Below, in pieces: positions 12,467 through 24,720 of a stretch of DNA of 64,000 nt. How positions within the stretch are numbered: position 1 is the stretch's first letter; the number at the start of each line of letters is the position of its first letter. Both the position numbers and the translations under genes were made by a program. This DNA comes from Macrostomum hystrix (taxonomy: Eukaryota; Animalia; Platyhelminthes), in assembly GCA_950097015.1 (NCBI GenBank), contig CATNEN010000029.1, forward strand, positions 8,184,001 through 8,248,000, given 5' to 3'. The notes beneath the pieces are model-generated. The model did no database searches. It saw only the letters and a program-made list of their open reading frames with translations, and was not told where the DNA came from.

Positions 12467-15461
12467 TTAGGCAGGATATTGATTGCGCAACAAACAAACA
12501 CACCAGTTGCCGTTATCATAATAAGATTCAATCAGTTCGAACAGCCCACAATCGGCGCACAATTGGTCCAGCTCGCCTTCGGAAAACAAATGATAAAAGC
12601 GCAGCGACTGCTCGTCGGAGCGGCCGCGCCACGGAACTAACATGTCCGACTGTTTGAACTCAGTGCCCGGACGGTGTACGTCCGAGTCCGGTTCGCGAAT
12701 CGCGTCTATCCTCGAACTGCTCCGAGTGGTCATCCAGTTCTGCATGGGTCTTTTTGTTACTTTTCTTATTTGAATTTAAATAGGCTGAGTCTTGGCCTTT
12801 ACGCCGCTGTTCCAGAGCCCAAACATAGATTAAAAGGTGAGCGCCGGGACTGGAAACCCTGCCCAACTCTCGCAGTGATGCCAATCTGCGCTCCCTAGTA
12901 CTCAGATGATGCAACACGGCGATGCAGATTGCCGCATCGAATGCGCCAGTTCGCAACGGCAATTGCAGAGCGTCGGCTTGAAACACAGGCAGGCCGCGAT
13001 TAACGCAGACGCCGCACAGTTGGATACTGCGGTCGCAGCCAATTGTCAAGATATCCCGCCTGGCCAGCATGTTCTTACCGTTGCCGCAGCCAACGTCTAT
13101 CAGAAGACTGCCGGCTGGTAGGCCCGCCAGGAAAGCGGCCACGCGTGGCCAGCGTGAGTGCCGGGTGTCGCTAAAATGGTCGGCGATGGTGTCGTACACG
13201 TTGTGAACGTAATCGCGCTCCAGGCTGGCCGGATCCAGAGAAGGCGACGGCGAAGGCTGCGTTGAAGCGACGATGCAGCTGCTGAAAATGGAAGGCGAGA
13301 CGGCATCTTAAGCTATTTTTTAAGACTTGGCTATGCTTTAAAAAGACGCAACATTCTTGAAAAGTACGCTAGCATCAAAATAATTGAACTGGAATGTAAT
13401 CAACCTGGGATTTATTCGACCTGGAATGTAATCCACCTAGAAATCAATCGACAAGGAACTCAATCGAACTGAAGTTCAATCGATCAGGAATTCAAAAGAC
13501 CTGAATATTGAACAACAGGCACTCAGGCGAACTCTAATTTACTAGATATTTAATGAATACGTTGAGCTTTAAAGTCATCTTAAGAAAGTTTCCAAGGCAC
13601 CAAGTCTCACCTGCCACAATCTTTAATACCCGCGCTGTCCTCTTCGTCGCAAATCTCGGTCAAACCGCAGCGACACGGCAGCCCTGCCGGCCTGGCTTGT
13701 CTAAACGTGAAGGACACTCGCCTGCCTCGCCTGACCAGATCGCCGTCGATTAAATCGGCCAGTCGGGCTGGCACCTCGTGGCGCCAGATCAGGCGGGCCT
13801 CCCCAGTCAGCAGCAGAGCGGATCTGGCTGGCAGAGCCAGGCTGACAGCTGATTGGCCCGGCCGGCTAAGCCGAAAAGCACAGCCGGAGCCCAGACTGAC
13901 AGCTAAGATGTAGTCGCCGAATGCGGCATGGGAATCCACATGAGGCGCTATGCCGCCGCCAGGCTCAGTACACATTGACAGTCAGCTGATCTGCTCGGGG
14001 CAGCCAGTCGGGTGTCAGACGAATTGGCCAGGGTGGAGCAGGCCGGTGGTAGCGGCCTATCAGGCAGCGGTGCCAGCCGGTTACGGCCATAGATGAACTC
14101 GTGGCCCCAGTGCAGCACTCGGCGACAGCGTAAGTGGCCAGCGGCCTCTCCCGCCAGTAATTCGGCATCAACCAGGGCTAGTAGGTCGGCCTCTTCGTCT
14201 AGAGACAGCGCGTCAAGGATCAGGCTGAGCCCGGGTGGCAGCAATGGGTCAGCAGGATTGTTTAGGACTACCTGGATGTTGTCGATTGATTTGAAAATTA
14301 TTCAAGTTTATTTCAAAGTCTCACTCACATTTTAAGCACTCTAGATCGGGCTGTCAGACGCAACTGAAAAGTTTCTGCAGTTTTACTCATATAATTGCAC
14401 ACTGCCTGACGATAAGAATATCAGGGCAGACGTACACGCCTTTACAGACGGACAATCTTGTTGAAGAATTGCCTCCTAGCTGACTCTAGGTTGACTGTCG
14501 GTAAGTCCTGCACATGCGCAAGTGCCCACAGCCTCCTGCGAATACTAATATAATTAAGAGTCGTGTCACGAGTTCGAATCCGCCGTTAAGCACAAATATT
14601 TTAGCCTATTGTGGTTAGGGCTAACCCTATACCTCTAAGGCACAGTGAGTATTTTCACTGCCTAATGTCACAATGGTACAAGTACAGGCCGTTAACATTA
14701 ATACAGGAGTGCTGTGGACACTGGCACTTTATTTGGTGACAATTCAGCCCCATTTCGCTGGCTCCTGAGCACACACTCACACAGTTGTGTACATCTGCCC
14801 TGACTTTCTTATCATCAGACAGTGTACACAATTGTCTCCTGGGGGCTGGCCCTTGATGGAGTAAATTGCAGAAAAAGCCTCAGTGTATCTACTTAAGTCA
14901 GCGTAACAGACAGAGCTACCTCTCACTGGCTTTCGGTGCAGGCGTTGCGCAAGAGAATTTACAGACAGCCAACTAAAATTGATCAACAAGCTGAACAAGG
15001 CGTACCTCAGAAGCATCTGCCATTTGCACAGCCGACAATGCCAACTCTGGATTGACAAAAAACGCGTACAGAACGGGACCAGAATCATCGTCGCTAGTTG
15101 GCCTGGAAATAGCAAGCTGGCAAAACTGCAGACTGTAAGCTGCGGCTACAGCACTGTCAGTTGACTCAAACAGCATTAAACAATGCGACTGTCCGGCTGG
15201 CTGAACTAATTTCACAATACCCTGGAGACCAAGTTTAAACAGATCCGACTGTCCGACACCATTGTGCAGGCCAGCATTGGATACTAACAAGCACTCGGTT
15301 GGCTCGGAGCTTAGCTGAGCTGGACTAATAGCCAAGGCAGCTTGATGCCATTTTCGACCAATCTTGCGTCGCTGCCTGGGACTCAGCTGTGCAAGCGGCC
15401 GGTCTAGGCCTGGTAAGCTGTGTGGCAGCTGGCTGGCCTGCAACGCAGAGTTTGATACCAT
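12467..15461 (-). CDS. ALKBH8: ALKBH8 tRNA wobble-uridine methyltransferase/hydroxylase (RRM + AlkB 2OG-Fe(II) + Zn site + Trm9 methyltransferase); exons 15461-15006, 14271-13611, 13281-12467; three apparent +1 frameshifts, so possibly a pseudogene or an assembly error
   Basis: LLVSNAGLHNGV (RRM), RRVLHWGHEFIY, DQLTVNVY-EPGGGIAPHVDSH (HxD), RRVSFTFR, CRCGLTEICD (Zn), LERDYVHNVYDTIADHFSDTRHSRWP, IDVGCGNGK (SAM motif I), ICIAVLHHL, LIYVWALEQ, RFYHLFSEGEL, YYDNGNWCV. Confidence 0.9.
14375..14880. mobile_element. Two truncated family A SINE-like copies in inverted orientation (~14375-14490 +, ~14733-14880 -) in ALKBH8 intron 1
   Basis: Both carry the conserved TGTACAC-TGCC-TGA...TCA-GGCAGA-TGTACAC hairpin and flanking similarity to copy 1. 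Confidence 0.65.
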
Positions 15462-17932
15462 CAATTATGATAATATTTAATACATAAATTATTTAAACAT
15501 TGGTAATAGATCGTTTCCGAATATCGCTTTTCTTAGAAAGCATATGGTAAAATTGATATTTTGTTATAAATTGGACTTGTTTAAATGAAGGAATATTTGC
15601 TATACCATATAAAAATTTGTTTAAATGTGTCCGCGATTTTTACAAAATAAATATAAATACAGCTGAGTTTAGCAAAAGAAAAGTGACTTGCGGTTCATAC
15701 CAAGTTTTTATACAATACTCAGAAGTGTTCTTTCATTCTTTATAAAACACAAGGAGATAAATACTGAGAGAATTCAAGAGAGAGAAGTAGAAAGTATTGC
15801 TGTACACTTGAGTTCATTGGAAAGGCTTTTGAGAAAGCTTATACTGAGAAATGCATACATATGATAAAGTAATCAGCTATAATAACTAAATATGATATTT
15901 AGACCAACTAAATACAATACTTAGACTAACTAAATATGATACTAGATAAATACACTACCGAGAAATTCTTTGATATATATAAAATACATTCTCAGAGACT
16001 ACCTAGACATTATATTAAAATACCTCTGTAAACAACTTTTGTAAGATATAAAAAATTAGAACTACCACAACTTAGGTGAAATTGTGGAATTGTGGTAGAA
16101 TAGGCCTAGAAATTAATCCTGCAAAAACTTTAGTGACATCATATCCTTAGAGTGATAGGGCCTAATTAAAGAGAGAAGCACTTGGACAACTTTGGTGGCA
16201 TCATTGGGATAAAAACTTTACTAAGAAATTAGACCTAAAACACATTGATGACTTCAAATGTTGTATTTATACAAGCTGTGATAATGATTATCCCAATCCT
16301 ATTCCTATATTAATTACTTAGGGCTTATAGGGCTTAGGGCTTAGGGCATAAGGGCTTATTTTTTTTTTTGCCAATCAGTGCCAAATGAAACCTAAACAAA
16401 GTAATTGGTAGAAGCATATACTGCAAGATACAATTGACTAGTTGGGATGAGTGAGCCAGTAATGGCCAAGAGGAGGCCGAGCGTTAGCAAGACTTGAATT
16501 GCATTTTAACACATGTCAACCAACTTTCTTGGGTGTCGCCTATACAACAATGCTGGTTTCAGACCGATTGGATGTTGTTTACTGAAGATGTGGGTAATTA
16601 AATTCCAAAAATGCGATTTTGGTCATTTTTAGTCTTTTTTCAAGGTACAAAACTGCATGGCCAGAATGTATTTGGTGTGCGATTTGAATGCAGCTTCAGT
16701 TTTTAGAAGTTCAACAGATGTGCGCACAAAATGTATATATTGAATTTTCTAAGCATCCACTTGCCCCTTAGGTGGATGCAAAAATCCTAAATTTTGACCC
16801 CCCTGGGGGCTAAAACATGCAAAATGGGATAAGTCACAACTTTTGATTGCTGCATCCGTTGGTGTTGCGCTTAGTGTTGATGAATTGCATTTAGGACCCT
16901 TTTTCATTTGATACTAGACTTGTGTACACACATTCAGTAGTTGGCCATCTGTACTAAAATATGTAACTGTACAGGTGTACATATGAGAGAAAAAGTTTGC
17001 CATTTCTGCCTTCTGCCCCTACAATGCACTTTGTTGCATTGAGCTGAAAATGGTGTCAATAGATGCATGTGGATGTTTGAAAGAGAATGACATGTCAACT
17101 TACGTGTTGTTTTCATAGAAATTGAATAAATCATGCATTTTTTCGAACCTATAAACTCAAATTTAGTAAAAATGGTGTTGCAAATTTTTTATGTACAGAG
17201 ACAAAATGTACCCAATACAATGCTGCATCAGATGAGCAGCTGCATTAGTGTTGGAAATTCGATTTTTCGAAATGGAAGGCACATTGCAGCAATTTTGACA
17301 CCCGGGGCCTATGCCAATTTCTCAAATGATTACTCATAAGATTTTAGTAATGCAATTTCTTGAAACAATTTTGGTGTTGTTGGCATAGCATTTAGAGCCC
17401 TCTTCAAAAGGACAGCATCCATGCCTGCCTGTGAACATTGATTGAGCGTCAGTTCACGGATGCAGTACTTTTAAGAGAAGCAGCATTTTCGAGTTTACTC
17501 TAATAAAATGTTGTTCTTTGCCCCAATGTCATTGAAAATGGTTTCAATAGATGCGTCTAGATGTTTCCAAGACAATGGCATGTCACTTGAAGCTGTGCAT
17601 CACATTTCAGATGTAGAGTTTTGATTTTCATTTATAAAACGTGATTTTTTCATCCACACAAATAATGCAGCCTTGAGTGAAAATTGTGCTAAAATGGTTA
17701 AGTAATCGCATGTAAGTTTCGCATATAAATTGTGTGCCCAGCATTTAAATGAATATGGTGCTTTAGTCTTGGAAAGTTTAATTATCTTATGAAGTATGAA
17801 TAGGAAGTAAGCAGTAATTAATGAAAGATCATCCTGTTTTTTGCATCACATAAATTGAAAACGAAATTTCATCAGTTGAAGTTTGAATTAGAAATAGAAT
17901 ACACAGGCTACAGCCCTCCATGCATTTGTCAG

Positions 17933-18150
17933 TGATTGTTTGTGGGGACAAGATTTCTCTATTGAGGTTTGAATGTACATAAGCAGTGTTTGTTTGTGGG
18001 GACGAGATTTCTGTCTATTGAGGTTTGAATGTACATAAGCAGTGTTTGTTTGTGGGGACGAGATTTCTGTCTATTGAGGTTTGAATGTACATAAGCAGTG
18101 TTTGTTTGTGGGGACGAGATTTCTGTCTATTGAGGTTTGAATGTACATAA
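17933..18150 (+). repeat. 56-bp tandem repeat, ~3.8 copies
   Basis: TTTGTGGGGACGAGATTTCTGTCTATTGAGGTTTGAATGTACATAAGCAGTGTTTG recurs at 56-bp spacing. Confidence 0.93.
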
Positions 18151-18692
18151 GCTGGGGCCAAGGCTTTCGCTTTTGCTTGCGGGGATTGAATGGATGGCTG
18201 TGCCGCCTGATAGATAAAAATCGAGGGGGTTCTCTCAGCCTAAGTGTCTGTGGCTTGAAGGCTCCCTTTTGTTTAATGTACATGGCCCAGCTCAGATTGT
18301 CTTATGTAAGTTCTCTCCACATGCAGTGCATAGAGGGTCCCTTTCCTTTGCATTGTTAAAATATATGGCTTATTGAAATGGGCCGTACTTTAGCAGATGA
18401 TAGAAATTTAGACTTTGATATAGTGGGGATTGATAATTAAGAAAGTTGGATGAATGATTAAAGACACTGCGCCCCCTCTCTTTATTGAAAGTTTGAGAAA
18501 TCACCAAACACCAAGAGATTTATGGTGGGTCTGGGAGAGAGAACAGAAGGGCAGGGGTCAGTCAGAGTCTTTAATAAATCTTTATCAGTACTTTGATATG
18601 TATCATGGCTCACTTATTGTATAGCCTAGTATTATACTACATATACACTACAAACTTAGGCATGTAAAAGCTAGCAATATACTAGAATTGTA

Positions 18693-19127
18693 GGTCCTAG
18701 GTCATTTCGGTGACAAGACATTTTGGTGACAACTCAAGTCATTTCAGTGACACAATTGGTCAGATTGGTGACATCTATTTTTGCACCTAAATATGCTAAA
18801 AATAGCCTTCCATTTTAACTATGCACACTTATAAAGTATTAATTAATTAATGCTATAAGTATTAATCAGAAGCTGCATTGCTCTGATTAAGTCTGGGTTT
18901 TATTTTAAATAAGTTAAATTATCAAATTATTTAATGAGTAGTCAATAGTTTTAATAGTTATTCGTTCCTAATTAAATGTGTATAATAATCATTTTTCAAG
19001 TTTTGGATTGACAAGGCGAGTGCAGGCTTTAAGCAGCTACTGGATCAAGGAAAGCTGTTTTCTCAGCATATTTAGGTGCAAAAATTGTTGTCACTGAAAT
19101 GTCTTGTCACCGAAATGACCTGGGACC
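18693..19127. mobile_element. 435-bp non-autonomous DNA transposon (MITE) with 8-bp TSD
   Basis: 41-bp TIRs GGTCC(T/C)AGGTCATTTCGGTGACAAGACATTT..GTGACAAC (3 mismatches) plus subterminal inverted segments; flanked by direct repeat GAATTGTA at 18685-18692 and 19128-19135. Confidence 0.9.
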
Positions 19128-20429
19128 GAATTGTATAAGGGGTGCTGCAAATTTTTCCAGACTATTGTTTGCGTTGAGTAAAAATTGAGTCTGATTAAAA
19201 ATCTAATTATACCTGGCCTGGCCATGGACAACATGTTTCCTTGAATTTTGTGCAGAGAAGTTTATCATAGCCTACATGAGAGATAAAGCAGGGTTTAACC
19301 TTAAAGAGCTGCATACATGATTTTTGGTATTAAGCTGCAAGTGAAGTGACAAAATTATTCAAACAAAAAAATCATTCAAAGTTTAGGGTCTAAAGAGTCA
19401 GAAGCCATTTATAATGGCTTCTCAACAAGAAGATAAAGCAGTGATACAGACATAAAAAAGTGCTCTTTATTATTTTTGTTCATGCTCTTGGTCACATGCA
19501 AGTGTTTGAGCATCTTGGACTCATTGCTGATAGTGTCACTGATGTTGCTTGTGCTTAAATACATATATCCACCTATAGCAATTGTATCAATTTTGTCTTA
19601 AAATTTTTGAGCCTAGGGATGAAAATAGTCTCAAGAGAATGATCTCAAAAACCTATCAAAGCATACTTTAAAAGTTGCCAAAGTAGGCCTAGCAAATATT
19701 GGGCAAATCCATTTTCCTATTTTTTATTCAAGCAAAGTTGGGTGTCAAATGACAAACAAACTGTCTTAATATACAATTATTTTAAGAATTTGTTTTTTTA
19801 TTTTTACTGAACATGAAAAAAAATATAAATATAACACATCTAAAAGAACCAACATTTCAGAGAATCATTTTCAAATAAATTGAACTACATGTCTGCACAC
19901 ATTAGTGCCACAGTGGATAATAGTTAAAACCAAAAGTCCAAAGACATACATTGAGATATATGTAAAATAGAAAAAAAGCTACACTAATATGCAAAAACTT
20001 AACTAAAATGTATGTGCTAAGAAATATCTGTAAGTGAAAAGTCATTTCAGTAGGCCTAAAAGAGAAAATATGGTAAGTTCATATGTAACAAATTAAAATA
20101 TACTTGTATTATCCCTAGCTAGCTAGCTAAGGTCTACCACATAGTGACTATATTTATATTAAAAATGGATAAATATAGAGTAGTTGATATAGCTAGGCCC
20201 TACCACAATTATTTAAAAAATACTTTACTATTACTTTACTTTACTATTACAATTACTTTACTATTTAAAGTAGTAAACTAATTTAGTCAAAAAAATTGCA
20301 ATCACTCAAGTGGATTGTGGCTGAAATGGACCCATTCCAAGGAATCCAAGCATGAGATATGAGATATAATCATAATGTTATTATGATCATTTTTATTTAT
20401 TTATTGGTCAGTAGTTTGTATTTAACCGT

Positions 20430-20770
20430 TTCTTTAGAGTGGTCAGTGGTCAGGTTAGTTAACGCTTTTCTCGTACCAAGGTCCCTCGCCTCAGCGAGGC
20501 CACATTTATTTGGGGCGCAGCCACTGAGCCATGGAGAGAAGGCTCGGGGGCTTGTTGTGAAATTTACACCCATGAGGGCCAACCTTCAAGGCACAGGGAA
20601 CTGTACACTGTTGACGATGAGAAAGTCAAGGCAGATATACACCTGTGAGTAGGCTTATGCGCCTGCGTTACTGTGTACGGTATCAGTGTACGTGTGTGCA
20701 GTGACTGCGAAATTGGAGTCGGCGAAATTGGCAGAACTACCTTTCGCTGGTGCCTGGCTGCAGGTATAAG
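20430..20770 (+). mobile_element. SINE-like family A copy, diverged and near full length
   Basis: Shares GAGGCCACA..GGGCGCAGCC..GGAGAGAAGGCT..GAGGGCCAACCTTCAAGGCACAG, the hairpin and the CGAAATTGGCAGAA tail with copy 1. Confidence 0.7.
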
Positions 20771-21202
20771 TGTAACTGAATGATTGCGATAGCCTGCAGC
20801 CCTCTTGTAATTTTTATTAAACGTTAATTATTTATATTCAGACACATAATACACCGTAACATGCGCAGCGCAGCTTCTTCTTCTTCTTGTGTAAATTATT
20901 ATATCACGCGAGCTTTTTTCGAATATCGAACGTCATGACTGAAAATATTTTATGATACATATTCTAGAAAAAAAATATTTATACTTTTTATTATTTATTA
21001 CAATCTTTTCAATCAACTTATTTTTTGATACGTAACCGTTGACTTAAGTACTACTCATATTTTTGATTTACGACGTACAGTGAACTTTTTCAGCGCATAA
21101 TCAAAATTTAAGAACATCTGCAACTAGCAAGATTTTAGAACTTGCTTTGAAGTTGCATTGAACTTGGTTTTTAGTTGAAGCCGAACATCATATTCATATA
21201 AA

Positions 21203-23571
21203 ATGACTTTTCTTTTGAAAAATAGTTCTGTTAAAGTACTTCAGCAAGAATATAAAAATCTAAATGACTCTCCTGTAGAGGGTTTTATTGTGCGCTTGAA
21301 GAATGATACCTATATGTACGAATGGGACGTCATCATTTTCGGTCCTCCAGGAACCCTGTATGAAGGGGGTTACTTAAAAGTAAGTAAACTATTTTACAAT
21401 TGATTAAAAACTCTTGTAACAACGAAATCGCGAATCTCTAATTAGAGATCAGAACTTAATAGAATCAGTCATCTCAAAGACAATAATATAATCTCTCTTG
21501 AAGTTGTGTAACGAAGTAACGAAGTTTAATTATGCCCATCCATTTATGAAAATTGTAATGTGTTTATAAAATCATTGGAATTTCGGTGACAATTTCAATA
21601 AATTTTCTACGCAGAACATTTTTTCGTTTTATTTGTCACAAGGCAAAGTCGATATCTGCAGCTTGATTCTCAATTGTGCAGGCTGGCCTGAAGTTTCCTA
21701 CCGACTATCCATATTCGCCGCCATCTATGAAATTTATTACTAAGATGTGGCATCCAAACATATATGAGGTGAGATTTGGTGTCTTATAAAATCTAATCTG
21801 GTTTAGAAAACTGGCATGCAAAGTCTGCGATATCTTGCTGTTCCTCAGGATGGCAAGGTGTGCATCTCGATTCTGCACCCGCCGGGCGAAGATCCAGTTA
21901 GCGGTGAGCTGCCCTCTGAGCGTTGGAATCCGACGCAGAATGTTCGCACTATACTACTCAGTGTGATTTCGTTGCTAAATGAGCCTAACACAAGCTCGCC
22001 GGCTAATGTTGACGCGTCTGTTATGTACCGCAAGTGGAAGGAGGGCAGTGACTCTGAATACACCGATATTGTGAGGTGAGAAACGTACACTGCATAGTTC
22101 ATCTCCGACCTGTTAAAGGAAGTTTCTTTAAGATGGAGAATTGGGGATATTTCAAGAAGGATGTTTTACTGAGTAACTAGCATATATTATTCAAGCTAAT
22201 CCATCTTATTGCATTTATTTTTGCATAATGTGTTACTTTTATTAGAGTCAATTATTTCGCTTAAACAATAAATTTTAGTCAGTTATAGTCTCTGACATCA
22301 CAGCAGCCAGTCTCTGACATCACAGCAACCAGTCTCTGACATCACAGCAACCAGTCTCTGACATCACAGCAACCAGTCTCTGATATCACAGCAAACAGTC
22401 TCTGACATCACAGCAGCCAGTGTCTAACATCACAGCAGCCAGTCTCTGACATCACAGCAGCCAGTCTCTAACATCACAGCAACCAGTCTTTGACATCACA
22501 GCAACCAGTGTCTAACATCACAGCAACCAGTCTCTGACATCACAGCAGCCAGTGTCTAACATCACAGCAGCCAGTCTCTGACATCACAGCAACCAGTCTC
22601 TAACATCACAGCAGCCAGTCTCTGACATCACAGCAACCAGTCTCTAACATCACAGCAGCCAGTCTCTGACATCACAGCAACCAGTCTCTAACATCACAGC
22701 AGCCAGTGTCTAACATCACAGCAGCCAGTCTCTGACATCACAGCAACCAGTCTCTAACATCACAGCAGCCAGTCTCTGACATCACAGCAACCAGTCTCTA
22801 ACATCACAGCAGCCAGTCTCTGACATCACAGCAACCAGTCTCTAACATCACAGCAGCCAGTCTCTGACATCACAGCAACCAGTCTCTAACATCACAGCAG
22901 CCAGTCTCTGACATCACAGCAACCAGTCTCTAACATCACAGCAGCCAGTCTCTGACATCACAGCAACCAGTCTCTAACATCACAGCAGCCAGTGTCTAAC
23001 ATCACAGCAGCCAGTCTCTGACATCACAGCAACCAGTCTCTAACATCACAGCAGCCAGTCTCTGACATCACAGCAACCAGTCTCTAACATCACAGCAGCC
23101 AGTCTCTGACATCACAGCAACCAGTCTCTAACATCACAGCAGCCAGTCTCTGACATCACAGCAGCCAGTCTCTAACATCACAGCAACCAGTCTCTGACAT
23201 CACAGCAGCCAGTCTCTGACATCACAGCAACCAGTCTCTAACATCACAGCAGCCAGTCTCTAAGATCACAGCAACCAGTCTTTTGCATCACAACCGGTCG
23301 CAGTATGAAACCTACAGTCTCCTGGGTCGATGCCCAGCAGTCTCTAATATGACTATAAAATTAACTTTCTCCACAAAACTCTAGAAAGCAGGTGGAAGCC
23401 ACCAAGCTGGACGCAGTGGCCGACGGTGTTACTGTGCCCACCCGTGTCGAGGATTACGTTGTAAAAGCTCGCGCCTCGCCTGTCGGATTCGACCAGGACG
23501 CTTTCGCTACCATGCAGGATATCAACTATGATGACGACGTCACCATGTACTACGAAGATGAGGACGATTGA
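21203..23571 (+). CDS. CDC34: Ubiquitin-conjugating enzyme E2, CDC34/UBE2R family; exons 21203-21379, 21682-21768, 21849-22075, 23385-23571
   Basis: [48 protein letters not shown] (catalytic Cys), the CDC34-type acidic loop [37 protein letters not shown], and an acidic C-tail (YYEDEDD*); phases consistent. Confidence 0.95.
22287..23280 (+). repeat. 22-bp minisatellite (CCAGTCTCT(G/A)ACATCACAGCA(A/G))n, ~45 copies, in CDC34 intron 3
   Basis: Directly visible; alternating variants give a 44-bp dimer in the middle of the array. Confidence 0.95.
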
Positions 23572-24720
23572 GTTTCAATATTACTGATGAGAACAAGAAT
23601 GTATAATTGCTTCGATTTTCGATTTTACTCTACGAGTTTGTCCGTTACAGAGGCTCATTAAAGTATAAATTAATACTGTGCACAAGATCTGAAATATTAT
23701 CTTCATGGCTGTCTTTCCTCGCCAATCAGATTTTTGTTTTATACTTTAAGTTTTATAATTTTTAACAAAACTGACGCCTTATCCTGTCTTTTCGTGTGTT
23801 AATTGGTGTTTATTTCTTTCAGCTGCTAAAACTATTCGCCATTCATCGGTTTTGCTTTCTTCATTTTCTAATTTTAACTTGATCTTTACCTAGCAGTCCA
23901 TCTGCAGGGGTCTGCAGGGGAACCTTCACCACGTCATTTTTTTCAGTGAACTGTCACCTACCTTTTATAAAAATTCATTGGACCGTCGATTCTACGTTTT
24001 ACATCTTTAGCTTACTCGTTATTCTCAGTACCATCGGGCAACCTTCATCTTCGTCATACTTAAAGATCTATCGTTTCGTGAATTGCACATGGAGAAGTTT
24101 TGGCACGCGAGTCTTTAGGGCTATATAGCTGCGAGCTGAAACAGGAAAGGGTGTCTTTAAACTAAGTGAAGTGATGCTAGCTGGTGGTAAGACGCGCGAG
24201 GCCATATAGGTAAATGAAAGATTGCATGCCTTGCATCGCATCACTCTGTTCAATCTGGAGTCTGTTGCCTTGTGCTTTCTGCTCAATTGGTTGAGAGAAT
24301 TGCGAATTGAGAAGCCTCTTGTAGGGCAGGAGCCTGTGAAGGGTTGGCGCGGTGCACACTTTTTGGCCTCAGCAAGAAGAGTTGGGTGCGTCCGAATACT
24401 GTGGCACATTGGAGACTCGTAAATTGCTACCGATTTCTTACACCAAGATAGAAGAGACAACTAGGGGGCTTCAATGTGAGTGTGGGTGTCTTCAATAGCG
24501 TTTGTTCGGTACTTCTACTGGGCACTGGCCGAGCGCATTATAGATTCCCATGCACTAGTCTTCATTTCTTTTCACTTAAAACGACAAGACAAGACGCTAG
24601 GGTCACGCCCAGTGCTGTTTATAAGAAACGTATGGTACTTTTCTGTAGTCCTAAGAAGAAAACTGAAAGTTAAAGCAAGCTGTGTTTATTTCGCAAACCG
24701 GGATGCGCTGGCCTACCACA

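Noticed and set aside
13965-13967. In-frame TGA in ALKBH8 as selenocysteine or readthrough
   Set aside because: The downstream conserved sequence is in a different frame, so readthrough would not restore the protein.
16318-16357. Telomere-like (TTAGGGC)n run
   Set aside because: Only about five imperfect units; no evidence of an interstitial telomere.
24068-24460. 130-aa minus-strand ORF with CKAC as a GIY-YIG/Penelope remnant
   Set aside because: Only a CxxC and a weak Y-G pattern in different frames; not enough to support a call.
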